The notes under the pieces were generated by a model. That model saw nothing but the letters and a program-made list of their open reading frames with translations, was not told the origin of the DNA and searched no databases. Below are positions 13,692 through 27,090 of a stretch of DNA of 64,000 bases, piece after piece (the first letter of the stretch is position 1; every line of letters starts with the position of its first letter). The DNA lies in NCBI RefSeq assembly GCF_006345805.1, contig NC_043013.1:15066001-15130000 (forward strand). The letters run 5' to 3'. The position numbers were made by a program, and so were the translations under genes. This DNA comes from Octopus sinensis (taxonomy: Eukaryota).

Positions 13692-13738
<47 letters not shown>

Positions 13739-13988
13739 TACACACACACACATATAATGGGCTTCCATACAATTTCCATCTAACAAATTTATTGACAAAG
13801 CTTTAGTCAGCCAGGAGCTATAATAAAAACACTTGCTCAAGATGCCATGCAGTGGGACTGAACCTGAAACAACACGGTTGCAAATCAAGCTTCTCAACCA
13901 TGCAGTCATGACTGAGTCAATAAATGTAGAAATTTAAAACAAGTTGCATGAGTAAAACAGACTGGAGCAGTGTATTTAATGGACTGAC

Positions 13989-14190
13989 CTTCATTTCAGG
14001 CAAGAATTCTCGACTGGGAGTAGATGGGGTTGTTGACCAGGATTGCTGAGGAACTGGTGACATTGAACACACATCTATATCAGAAACAATAGCGGCACTG
14101 GAATTTTCATTTCGAGAAGGAAGTACACCTTTCTTATCGTTGTAAAAAGCTTGCAGTTGATCATATTTTCCTGGCGTTTGAAGCTGGTGC
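13989..14190 (-). CDS. DENND11: DENND11 exon 4 (HQLQTPGKYDQLQAFYNDKKGVLP...EFLPEMK)
   Basis: Acceptor aattccag, donor GTCAGT, 202 nt, phase 2->0. Confidence 0.93.
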
Positions 14191-14869
14191 CTGGAATTGG
14201 GATAAAAATCAAAGTTTAAAGTTGGTAATTTATTAATTAACAGGGGAAATTAACTATCAAAACATAAGTGGTTCTTTTGAGTATTCTTTTATCAGTCTTT
14301 TACTGGTTTCAGATTGCGGCCATGTTGGGGCACCATCCTCAAGTGCTTTAATTTATTACATCAACCCTTTGATACTTTATCTGGCATTTATTTTATTGAC
14401 CTCGCAGACAGAGAAAGGCAAAATCATTCTGGACATAAAGGAATGTAAACAAATATCATAAAGTATTTTTGTTCAATACACTGAATTTTTCCATTCCAGT
14501 ACACACACACACACACAAAATCTGTACACACACACACATATATCCTTATCATTTTAATGTCAACTTTCTTTGGATGGGCTGTCATGATGTGAGTCATTTC
14601 TTATTAAGATTTGCTGCTTTCACAGACTGGTGAATATATGGATCATTTGGTTTGGATTCTATGGCTGGATGTCCTTCTTATTGCTAGCCATTTTACAGAG
14701 TGTATGGGATGTGTTGTCTCATGGAATCAACATTAGAGTGGTTGAATACAAGGACCTCAAAACCCAATACATTCTCTACTCATTTGCCAACTACATTACA
14801 GGGTGTACTGGGCACATTTTTTGGTACCAATATTGGAAAGATTGTCTTGCTCACCAGTCACTCTTCAGG

Positions 14870-15300
14870 GAGTGTAACTTGTTGACTTTCCGTTGTGGCA
14901 TCAGTACAAAAGGGGTGATACCTTGTACACAGGACACTGTGCAGAGATTGACAAAGTCAAGACTGACCGATGAAATAAGCAGGTAACGGCAAGCAATAAG
15001 GAGAGAGTAATGGCATGTAGTAGAGAGCAGTGAAGAGAGAAAAGGAACCAGATGCACTTGAAAGAAGGAATTATAGAGGCTTGAGGATGTTCAATACTGC
15101 CTTTTATACACAGACCTGGTGAAAGGAAGACGGTGGAACAATGTAGTCTCTGATATATAAGTCTAGTGAAGAGTAAGGGAGTAAGAGGGATGAAAAGGAG
15201 GGCTAAATGCAATATCTTCTACACAGGTATAGTGAAGGAATGAGGGTGGACCAATGGAGTCGGGTGAGCAATAAAGTAGTGGAAGGAAAGACACAAGATA
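14870..15300 (+). mobile_element. Degraded RTE-clade LINE 3' end
   Basis: Reads LTFRCGISTK...QRLTKSRLTDEISR..R..WHV, resembling the RTE C-terminal R.RW.GHV region; contains stops. Confidence 0.5.
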
Positions 15301-17619
15301 TATGATGTATACTAGGCAGATTACAAAGTACTTCAGCCTCTGAGCATTACTCTCATGTCAAGTTATATTTACTGTCTTCTGCAGCACTGTACATCCCCAA
15401 TCAGCATAGTCCTTTGTTTTCTCTTCTATGTGATGCAGCATTGTCATTGTGATGCTAAGCAGATGAGAGATAAATCTACCCCTGGATGGACCACAAGTCT
15501 CACACAGATAACATTCCCTGGTATTTTTTCCTTGACAGCTAAATAAACTAAGACGTATAATAAAGCAGTCTACCCCAAGACACAAATATTTAGCTGCAGA
15601 TTTAATTTAAGTAAACAGTCTAGCATCTTTTCTAGTTGAACATTTCATTCATTCTTTCCTTCTTTCTTATTTTCTTCCCTTCCTTTCTACCTATCTATCC
15701 ACCTACATACAGATGGATGGATGTATGTATGAGATAGACAGACAGATAGGTAGATATGTGTCATAGCCTTGTTCCAAAAAGGAAATTTAAAGAATTTCTT
15801 CCTATTCCATAATGATGAATCTATACCTCCTCATGCAATTAATTATAGACAGGTGGGCTGTGCCAGTGAGAGTTAAAAGTCTTTAGCATGAACAAAATCA
15901 AGAACTCAATCCTGACTCAACAGAGATAGATTGTGTCATATACCCATACAAGGAAGGACCATATCAAGACCCCATCATGCACAAACATGGAAAGACTCCC
16001 ATCAAATAGGAACAGGGAGAGACCTTACCATGAACTCCTGTGTAGAGATCTTATTATAGACTATCAAACAGAGAACTTAATATGAACCATCAGAGAAGCC
16101 TTCACATTAACTGGCAGGGAGAGACTTTAATATGAACTTACAAGCAGAACCCCTAGCATGGACCAGGGGCAGAGATCATATTCAATTAGAACTAGCAGAA
16201 AGAAAACTTATCATGAACTGGCAAAAAGAGACTATCATGGATCAGCAGGGAGTGCCCTCACATGAACTAGCAAGGAGAGACCCTGCTATATCAGCAACTT
16301 ATCACACCAAAAAGACAATATATAAACACACACATTAACTTTGTTAGATGCTATTTACATCAATTTTTTTTTATCAATCAGCCAATGGCAAAGAAACTAT
16401 TGCAACAATACTTGAAGAAAAGCCAGAGGATAATTGAGGCCATTCCAAAAAGTATAATGAGAATTTATAGAAAATATTCAACAAAGTAACCATAATAACA
16501 ATAATAATGAAGTAAATAAGCATATCAAGGTTATAGAAAACAAAATGAAACAAACATTTATTTGAAATAATCTGTTTTTATTATAAACAACAAAATCATT
16601 AAATATGTAAGTAAATGTCTCTGCTAAGTACTGAAGGACAAATGAGAGATAAATGAATCTCTCTCCTGGATAGGGTACTGATCTATTCCCAAGTGTACAG
16701 GGTTTTATCTAGGAACATACTGAAATGCCTGCTACATATATGGACTCATGAACTATCAGCAAGCAGTCCCAATATTGCATCCATCTTACAACACCATTAA
16801 TCATCATCATCATTGTCAACTTCATTGTCGGCATTTAACATTTGTATTCCATACTGACATAAGTTGAATGGTTTGAGGGGAATTGTCAAGCCTCAGGACT
16901 ACATCTGGATACTCTTAACACCAACTACATTTCACAGAGTGTACTGGGTGCTTTTTACATGGTACCAGCACAAGTGACTTGCAAGACAAGACCTTCTCGA
17001 ATTTGTGGGGATGTAGTATTAAGAGAGGAGGCCTTGTACTAGGATTTGCATGGTTAAAGTATGAAAGAGGGACAGAAACAGGTGTCTTGCTCAAGAGGAG
17101 ATGCATACTTTCCAGCTGGGGAAAGAAGAAAATGATGGTTAGGATATACCGTCAAGGTACAAGGCAAATATAAGAGAGCAAATAAGGATACAGATTCAGA
17201 AACAGTGGGAAGGGAAGTTCACAAAAGGGTGAAAAAAAAGTGACAGATGTTTAAAGAGGGGGATAAAAGTGGACACAATGAATGGAACACATGTGTGTAG
17301 GCATAGTCAATGATGCATATCAATTTGTGGAAAAAGTAAAGGAGATAGGAGAGGGCCTAGGAGGAGGACGATGTGATAAGTGACAGTAATAAGGAGATGA
17401 TATAAAATCTAGGCACCTGTGTGAGTGATGGACGGATGGATGGATTTTAGACAATGACTTGTGAGGGGTGGTTTGCTGAGTTGTATGGGTCTTCTCAAGC
17501 ACAGCATATTGCCAATCATCTCCGTCCTCTGTCATGTCATACATATATACATGAGAATGAGAGAGGCAGACAAAGAGGGAGGGAGAGAGAAAGAGACAGA
17601 TAGACAGACATGATTGTCA

Positions 17620-18300
17620 CCTGTTTGAGTATAGCTTCCTTAATTCTTAAATTACCCAAATTTCTTTCATTGGCCTCAATTGTGACTGTTATGCTTTTGT
17701 CGGTGTTCCAGCATCTGTCTAGATGTTTTCTGAAGGAGGAGGCTCTCATGTTCAGATGTTCTTTGATGCAAATGTGTAACGGTCTTGTTGTGCTACCCAC
17801 ATAGAACTTGTTGCATTTGTTACATTGTATTCTATGCACAACATTTACCTGTTGGCATAAATCTGTGTCACGGATAGGACAGTTTGTTAGTGTACATTGA
17901 TTGTTGTCCCTTGTTCATTTCTTTGCGAAGTCTCCTCTCAGAGCGGGACCGGAGTGGGCTAGTTGTATGTCTAGCCCTTCTCTTCTTATGGCTCTTTGGA
18001 TGGATGTAGCTATCCTCTCGCTAAAATGAGGTATTTTAAGGAAGCATGTGTTGCTGGGTTTTCTATGTGTTTGGCATGTTGGTCATCTTGGGTACTTAAG
18101 CCAATTTACAATGGATCTAGGGTACCTGTTTGCTTTCAATATATCTAGGAAGCATGTAGTGTGGGTCACCTTGTCCTCTGTTCTGCTGTACTTACCCTGG
18201 ATGTGTGCAAGTTCATTTCTGGCATATCCTATTTTGGCACCGAGTGGAAGTACTGAATTGTATTTATTCCCCTATAAATCTTGTTTACTCTTCAATATAA
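17620..18300 (-). mobile_element. Penelope-like element fragment (RT thumb plus GIY-YIG endonuclease)
   Basis: Encodes LPLGAKIGYARNELAHIQ...ILKANRYP and VVHRIQCNKCNKFYVGSTTRPLHICIKEHL...NLRIKEAILK. Confidence 0.85.
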
Positions 18301-18332
18301 GATCACAGAAAACAAAATAAAACAGGACTTAC

Positions 18333-18491
18333 CGCACTTGGGATTCAAGGAACTGCATGTGTCTGTAGAGGGAAGTATAGGTGGGAGATAGAATTCCTAC
18401 TGATTTCATTCTGGCACCACGTTCAATCTCACTTTCTACTGGCATGTTCTCAAAACATGCCAGGCCATAAAGGGAATCTTTCCTAAAGTAC
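18333..18491 (-). CDS. DENND11: DENND11 exon 3 ([53 protein letters not shown])
   Basis: Acceptor tctttacag, donor GTAAGT, 159 nt, phase 2->2. Confidence 0.96.
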
Positions 18492-19720
18492 CTGTAAAGA
18501 AAGAATAATTACATAAACAACAACAATAAAAATAATGATCATTTCTGACTATAGGCATGAGACTTCGATTTTTGGTTGGTGGTAGTGGAGTGTAAAGTCA
18601 AGTTGTCCTGAGCAAGACATTAAACTGCATCCAGTATTGAGGCTCTACCTCAAGAGTTCAGGAGTTTTGAGTGGTATAGAGTTACTCCTTAGTCACATTG
18701 TTAAAGTGCCACATAAGCATTGGTGCAGGTGCAATGTAAAAAGCACTCATCATGGTGCCAAGTAAAAAGTACCAAATACACTCTGCAAGGTGGTTGGCAT
18801 CCAGTTGTAGAAATCAAGTCAAAACAGACTATGGAATCTAGCGTGGCCCCTGGCTTTGCCAGTTCCTGTCAAGCCATCCAACCCTTGCCAGCATGAAAAA
18901 CAAACGTTAGATGATGATGATGATGACAACTCTCAGATTCACTCTCACCTAAAACGGTAGTATGTGCCAAGGGTCCCAGAAGATGGTCCTGTTGCTAAGG
19001 CATACAGGACTTGGATGAGGACTGGTTCTCAGGGTATGTAACACCCAGGCCCAACAATGTGTGAACATATTCTGATGTCACCTAAACCATTTCTCTGCTT
19101 AAGGGTTAATAGGCCCTGTGTTTAGTGGGTTCGAGGGTAAGCTTGAAAAAGCAGGAGACTAGTAGAATAAATTGTAAATAAACAAGGAGAAGGTAATGAA
19201 AATCTTTCCCAAGAAAAATCACAAATCATCAGCTTTTGGCACATAGGTCCATGATCACTGCTGCTTGTAGGCATGGCACAAGAAAGAAGTGGAATGAGAG
19301 AGAGAGAAAGAGAGTATAGTTAAGTAAATATCATACAATCACAACCACAACTACATCTGTCATACAACCCGTGATGTTAGTGGTGTTATGGGCTGTGATG
19401 AGCTATGTGGTGTTGGTGGAGAGGATGACAGATGAGGTGGATGGAAGTAAGGCTTGCAGGGGCCGGAAGAAGAGTGAAAGGGGCATGCGTGGGCAGGAAG
19501 CACACGTGGTCAGTTCCAGCAAAGACGGCGCAAAGACACGACGTGTTTAATTCGTGAGAGTGACCGCCGATTTCGCCGAGGTCAACAGGTAAGGCCTTTT
19601 GTATTTCTTTCTCCCGTTTGCTTCTTTTTTCCTGTTGTCCTTTTCCTCCATCACTCTACACAACCAATGCCATATTTACATTAAATATATCAGCCATACC
19701 GACACTACATAATCATAAAT

Positions 19721-20592
19721 TTGAAGGTAAGTCAAAAATTATTCACACTTTTGTTGAGAGTTTCTTTAGGCTGGCTCCCACTGCCCTCAGCACTCATGTA
19801 CTAAAAGGTGGTACTTTTGAGGTTATGTAACCGAGGTTTGACCTTAATCACTCCAATTTTCTTTCTTGAGTTACAGAGTAAAGAAGGCCACACCACTGTC
19901 AGGGTGCACCAAGGAAGAACAGATCAGTGATCTGATTTCTCATCTTAAGATGTGTCAGGGGTTAAAATTTATTGCAGGCTTTCAGTACAATACAAGGATA
20001 GAAGTATGTATGAGTGGAAGAAAGAAATTCAAAACTCAACCTTCAGCAGAAAAAGTGATGCTCACCATTTTTGGGGATGGAAAAGAGCCTATACTGGAAC
20101 TTTACCTGGAAAAGGGGTCTATAGTCACCAGTGTAGGTTACAATAAAATGCTGGGCAATAAACTGAAACCAGCAATTTGTACCAAGTGCCAAGGTCTATT
20201 GTCAAAATAAGTGCTACTGTTGCATGACAGTTCATGCCCACATACAGCCACCCCACACTGTTGAAACCATTGTAAAATTGGGTTTCAAGCTCCTGGAATA
20301 CCTTGCATACAGTGTAGATCTCACCCCTTTCCAACTATCCCCTCATTCCACTACTCAATCATCCTTTGTTGATTTTCTATGGACAAATAAGTGCAGGAAA
20401 CAGTGCATAAATGATGGATGTGCAAACAGCTGTAAAACTTCCCTAGTGGAATAAGCATGCATGTGAACTGCTGGAAGAAGTGCATCAAAAATTAAGTTGA
20501 CTGTTCGAAAATTTATGAAGTTGTTCAACCCCTGCTTTTGTTTTAATAAATTACAGTAATACAGAGTGTATAATTTTTGACTTCCTCTCATA
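19721..20592 (+). mobile_element. Internally deleted mariner transposon
   Basis: Transposase remnants KFKTQPSAEKVMLTIFGD and LLHDSSCPHTATHT...AYSVDLTP; imperfect TIRs sharing AAGTCAAAAATTAT at 19729 and 20569-20582. Confidence 0.8.
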
Positions 20593-22174
20593 TATGTCGT
20601 GTTAGATACCATACTTTACATGGACATCACATTACCACTAACATCTGTTGTACTAATGATACTGTACTTAGACAACAGACAGCACACAAATCTAAATATT
20701 TTTTATATATTCCTCTCCCATAACATCAGCAGTTCTTGTAGGAATTTCCGATCTTCTTCATGTGCTATGTCTACAGGCATTGGTGCTCATGGAGCTCCAC
20801 CCCTTAGTGTTCCACTCCCATTACTGGGTCTTTCTGTAACCTGCTAGTTAGACCATTAAGTCTCTTCTCTCTCTGCTCTCCTCAATTTCTTCTCTTCAGT
20901 TTTCCAGTTGTCACCAAATGTACAAAGCATTGCCTTTCCATATGATGTCTAATGAACTTAGTCTTTTGCCTTCTAATATTGTTAAGGGGGTTGTCTGGTA
21001 GTTTCTGTTCGTCCTGGGCAAGAGTGAAATGCATCCAGTGATAAGATTCCAGTTTAGGAGTTCAGGAGTTTGGAGGAGTATTGAGTTTTCTTTAATCACT
21101 ACTATACACAGGTCTGCATTGGATCAAAGTGGTAGTATCTTTCAAGAGCCGAAGTTCTGGGGTAAATAGCAGAAGATGATCCTGTGCAATACAATAAGGT
21201 GATGGTTAAGGTATATAGGACTCAAAGGACTGGCTCCTTAGACATGAGTCACAGTGACCAATGGGGTGGGCATGCCCAAATGTCATATGTACAAGCTCCT
21301 CCTACCTTGAGGTTAAACGTGCACTGTGCCTCAAACTAGCAGAAGGTAACAAAAAACCACTCTTTTCCCAAGGAAAATCATGGATTTTCCTTCAGACTTT
21401 TTGTCTTTATTACCTCCTCTATAATCTACAACAGTGATTATAGGAGATTATAGCCTAATTGTAAGCATGTTGTACACACACTCACAAATCATGGTTTCAA
21501 TTCCCAGACTAGGTGATATGTGTTGTGTTTTTGAGCAAAACACTTCATTTCATGTTGCTCCAGTTCACTCAGCTGTAAATGAATAAATAACCTATTCGGA
21601 GAGAAAGTTGTAATTTCAGTCACATATATGCCATGGGAACTGGATAACCAGTCCTCAGAAACCTTGAACTTCAGATATTAATGTCCAGGGGTAGATGATA
21701 ATATAATCTATATCAATTTGGTGATGGGACCTGTTGCTTTCTTTAGTAAGGTTCAGAGAATTTTTGGTAAGGGATATATTAATATGTATGTTTGTACAAT
21801 TGAGAAGTACAATAATCATGCAAGCAGTTGTCATTGTTTTTTTGATTGGATTTCTCAATACAATATACCAACTGTTCACCAGGAAAAAAAAAAGAAAAGA
21901 AAATATTTTAATTAACATTTAAAATCTTTACAGCTTTGGTTTGTAGACAAAAGGAATTTCAGTAAGTACATAATCTTTAATCTTCCTACAAGTCCAAAGT
22001 TTTGTGACTGTGTATGGAAAAAAAAATCAAATGAATTTTTTTTAAATATGTTTTTGATCTCCTATATATTTGGTTGTGTCTGGGGAGAGTCATTTTCTTT
22101 TTGTGCCTTATAATTTAACACACTCACTGGTAAAATTTCCACTTATTTCTTATTTTTATTTTCCAAAAATTTTT

Positions 22175-22943
22175 GTTGTGTCTTGCAACCTTTTCAATAA
22201 AAGAATCTTGCAAACCAGATCCAAAAACGAAATCCTATATATTTGCTTTTGGATAAAAATAGACAAGAAGTTATTTTATAAAATATCAACCAGTGTTTTA
22301 AATAAATAGCTTTAACATGGTTTGTATAACACGAAATTTGTAATGGAAGAGAGTAAAAAATCTATAGGCAACACATAATAATGAAACATTGTACATTTAC
22401 ACAGCACATTGATTCTACATGCCTCAGTTCACTTAGCTGTACAAAACAGGCAACAGGTTTTTTTGGAATCACCATTTGTGACAGACTAGCATCTGTGCAT
22501 GATATCTTGAGGTATGCAATTATTTGTTGTTTAGCCTTAATTCAGGCTTAAAACAACAGGCCTATAATGAAAGGTAATCCATCTGTGACCATACTATCTT
22601 CTTTTTATAACAGGTACTACATTGTCCAATGTAGTAATACTTTAGTAATGCTTTACTGAATACACACACACACACACATACACACACATTTGCTTTCATC
22701 CTATGTTAAAAAAAGAATTATCTATAGATATTAGACACAGGCATGGCTATGTGGTTAAGAAGCTTACTTTGCAACCATGTGGTTTTGGGTTCAGTACCAA
22801 TGCATGGCATCTTGAATTTCGTTGCGTCTTGCAACCTTTTCAATAAAAGAATCTTGCAAACCAAATCCAAAAACAAAATCCTATATATTTGCTTTTGGAT
22901 AAAAATAGACAAGAAGTTATTTTATAAAATATCAACCAGTGTT
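22175..22943. repeat. 123-bp direct duplication (22175-22297 and 22821-22943)
   Basis: Three substitutions between the copies. Confidence 0.9.
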
Positions 22944-23060
22944 GATATAACCTCTAAGCATTACTGGTGCTAATTTATTATTTAAGAACTGAAGACTGTA
23001 TGTCAATGCTGAAAGAACAGATTACAACAAGACAGAGGAATAATGAAGATTAACACTTAC

Positions 23061-23160
23061 ACAAAATCTCTCATTAAAGTATGAGATCCACTGGCCATAG
23101 CCTTAAATTCAACTCCATCTAAATCGCTTTCTTCAGGAAGACACCATTCAATCATGTTAC
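23061..23160 (-). CDS. DENND11: DENND11 exon 2 ([34 protein letters not shown])
   Basis: Acceptor cttcttgtag, donor GTAAGT, 100 nt, phase 1->2. Not in the ORF track; found by reading the minus strand. Confidence 0.95.
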
Positions 23161-24567
23161 CTACAAGAAGGGAAAAAATATATTATAAAACACTGAAAAA
23201 AGGTTAAACAAACAAATACATATATAAAAACAAGAAATTTGTCATTGGCACCACCATAGTCAAATTTTGTTGGGTTTTTGGACTAAAAACTCTGTATTCC
23301 TACTGCCACATCAATGCTATTTGAAATTTCCTAGTTAATGAATAAATGCAATATATATATACCGTCCAAACCATGCTAGCATGGAAAGCGGACGCTAAAC
23401 GATGATGATGATGATGATGATATATATACTAATCAAAATCTCTGTATTATAACAATATGATTAATTCTACATAGCCCCCAGTTCAGTAAGTTGTAGAGAA
23501 GAAGGAACAGACTTTTCTGAAATTGCTATGTGTGGATGGTTTGACACGATTTGACAAATTAGAGGTTGCATGATGCTCCAACGTTCACTTTGGCATTGTT
23601 CCTAAGGCTAGATGCCCTTCCTAATGTCAACTACTGTACAGAGTGTACTGGGTGCTATTTTTTTTTTTTTGTTACACAAGTACTTGTGAGGATTGCCTTG
23701 TATCTTGCAAGATTAATTAAAAAATTTTAATTAAATTAGAGGAAAGAGGTGAAAAAAAGAGAAAATATAGAAGTGAGACAAATTAATATTCTTCATCATC
23801 ATCATTGTTTTAGTGTCCACATTTCAATGCTTGCAAGGATCAGATGAAATTTGTTGAGGCAGATTTTCTAGATATACCCTTCCTATTATCATCCTTTATT
23901 TATTTCTATGCAAGGAAATGCCCAGGCATACATGTTTTTTTTTTCTTTCACAAGGATCATGCAACAGTTCAAGATATGTCAGGAAAGCCAAATGAGTTTT
24001 TGCACCTGACTGCAAGCATATTACAATGTCTGCATTGATAGCAAGGAAGTCGTTTTGTCTATAACCAGCAGACCGATGTAGAGACAAGGAGAACCTCACT
24101 CACATAAATATACATGTGCACATGGACATATATTATATATATGGGCGCAGGAATGGCCAAGTGGTTGACAAGTTTGCATGGCACCATGGATAGTCCCAGG
24201 CTGGCCAAAGCCTTGTGAATGGATTCGATTGATGGAAGCTGGAAAAAGCCCAGTGTGAGTGTGTGTGTGCATGTGTGCGCGCATGCATGTGTGTGCGTGC
24301 ATGTGTATAAAAGTATGTTTGTGCCTCCTTATCCTGAAGATAGTTGTGAGTGTCCCTGTCATACAAGCAGTGTCATTCCTTGCCAATATCTTGGAAAAAC
24401 ATTTCTGGTCATGAAGAAATGTTACTTTGCTTAGAAACATGTTGGTGAAACAAAGGGCATGAGGCCATAAAAAATACACAACAAACTCTACCCCACACAA
24501 GCATGGAGGAGTGGTCACTAAAATGATGATGATGATGATGATAATAATAATAATAATAATAATAATA

Positions 24568-25105
24568 AGGCAGTGGCTTCTCATGGCTTCTGATCTTAAA
24601 TGATTGGAAGTGTTATCATGTAAATTGTTTTGTCTTGGTATAAAAGATGGGCTACATCAAATATTCTGCTTAATACCACAGATTTGCTTGTCAGTTGTTT
24701 GACCATAACCAGTTGAGCATGTCCCTTAGTGGCTGACGATATGTGCATCTCTGATCACGAGCAGAGGTAGTTGGGGAGCATCATAGCCATGTGTTGAGAG
24801 GGATTCTTTAGGGTTTGAATAATTCACCTCTGGAAACATGGGTGGTTCTTTCAACATCCTTAAACAACCCTTATTCAGGGACCTTTGAGCAGGATGGGCT
24901 ACTCAACCTGAAGAAATTTCTAACTGGACCCTACCTGCAAGGTCATGTGCTGTTTATCTTGATATGAGATCACCATGTCGTGCACATATGGTTGTGATGC
25001 ATGTGCCTGGTGTACCCTTATCAGACGGGTAGTCATGATGGGTATATTGGGCTTCGTATATTTTACCCCAGTGTCACTTTGATGGCATGAACTGCTCTCT
25101 CACTC
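24568..25105 (+). mobile_element. Non-coding retroposon of about 540 bp embedded in (TAA)n; second copy 33190-33668 (-), partial copy about 60340-60510
   Basis: The two long copies are highly similar in opposite orientation, and both are flanked on each side by (TAA)n. Confidence 0.75.
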
Positions 25106-26964
25106 AATAATAATAATAATATATATATATATCTTTCTTTACTTGATTCAGAAAGATTTTTTAGTCAAATGTATCAACCTCAGTATTTTTTTAAAGCCTG
25201 TTTTTTTTGCCTAATTGCTAAGTTACATGGATGTAAACATACCAGCACCAGTTGTCAAGCAGTGGCAGAGACACACACACACAATGGGTGTCTTTTAGTT
25301 TCCACCTACCAAATCCACTCAGAAGGCTTTGGTCAGCCCAAGGCTATAGTAGGAGGCACTTGCCCAAGGTGCCACGCAGTGAGACTGAATCCCGAACTGT
25401 GTGGTTGAGAAGCAAGCATCTTACCAAACAGCTATACACACACATACAATAGGCTCCTTCAGTTTGTGTGTTTGTTAATTTCCCTCACAAAGTGTTCATT
25501 GACCTCCAGCTGTAGTGCAGCTTTCATTAAGAACATTAGCTGATATTCACACAATGCCACCGCACTTCTTATTTCTTTATTGCCCACAAGGGGCTAAACA
25601 TGGAGGGGACAAACAAGGACAGACAAAGGGATTAAGTCGATTACATCGATCCCAGTGCGTAACTGGTACTTAATTTATCCACACCGAAAGGATGAAAGGC
25701 AAAGTCAACCTTGGCGGAATTTGAACTCAGAACGTAACGAGAGACGAAATACCGCTAAGCATTTCGCCCGGTATGCTAACGTTTCTGCCAGCTCGCCGCC
25801 TTACTTCTGCCTACATGGTTCCAAAGTTGACCATGACCACAAACCCAATTTCATATCCATTCATGAGGTTTTGGGATGGCTTGGAGTTATAGAAGATATT
25901 TGCTCTAGGTATTACGCAGTGGGACTGAACCTAATGCTATGCGATTAGGAACTAGATCTCTTAACTATGCGGCTATAACTACAAATACAACTTTTCAGTT
26001 ACTGGAGTTCAACAAATAACCGTCTTCAAAAAGAGGACTTTGTTGCACATTACAAAGAGGCTATCATTTCTCTAAAACTATTGAGCCTTCAGAAGGAAAA
26101 ACAGAAGAAATATTAGCATTGGAATGATGGCCAAATTTTGTATGAGTAAAAAATACAATAAGTAAATACATTAATCTAATATTTATTTCATTTGTTTGTT
26201 TTTATTCTTTTTTAATATCCTGTTTCTCCCCCCCCCCTCGAGAAATCTCAGTCATCATTGATGAAATCTTATATCAACACCACCACTATTGTCATCACTT
26301 GAAAGACTACCATTGTCAATACTACACCCTCTATTGTATTTACATATACACATCTGGTTGGCTAGATATGTATACACAGACATACAGAAACCCAAACATA
26401 CACACACACAAACCCAAAGACACACATACATATTACAGTCCTGGAACAAATATCTAGCGAGCTTAGACCAGAAGTGTTCTGAATTTCTGGATTTTATGGT
26501 TTTGTGAAGAGAGTCTAAGTATACACTTGAAATATAAAATAAACTATGTAAAGGACAAAATTGTTATTAGCAGATTCAAATTAAGACACTTCTAAACCAG
26601 GGCATGTTTGATATTTATTAACAGCAAACTTAAAATATATCATATTGTATCACATATACAGTATTATGTTTCTAGGATGAAAACTGAATGCAAAAAAAAG
26701 TAAAGAACATGATTTTATTTAAAAGATACAAGTACAAATTAATACAATTATAAAGCAGAGTACATTGAATCTTTATAAATCCACTTAAAAAGGTAAAGGA
26801 AACAATTTTTAACACACCATATGCAAATTAACCAACTTCAAAAACAGGGTCTGTTTCCTCAATACAGGGAACCAACTTTTGGCCATGACTGTAGTATTCC
26901 AGATATCTACAATCCATTACTGGATCAATTTATTGGTTTGTTGATGCTTATATCTTTTGGGGAT

Positions 26965-27090
26965 AGGACTGTAGCTCCTCCTCCCTCTCATCAAATTTCT
27001 CAGTAAGGATATCCCTAATTTCCTTCACATGTCAGAGATTTAGGGATATCCTTACCAAGAAATTTGATGAGAGGGAGGAGCTACAGTCCT
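26965..27090. repeat. 126-bp hairpin
   Basis: AGGACTGTAGCTCCT...GGATATCCCTAA pairs with TTAGGGATATCC...GGAGCTACAGTCCT. Confidence 0.85.

Noticed and set aside
21600-21665. Possible hammerhead on the minus strand (CTGAGGA at 21652-21658, CTGG-TTAT-CCAG hairpin, GAAA at 21614-21617) next to a possible PLE remnant at about 21670-21960
   Set aside because: 22 extra nt lie between the hairpin and GAAA, and there is no helix III/NUH or stem I partner; too degenerate to call.
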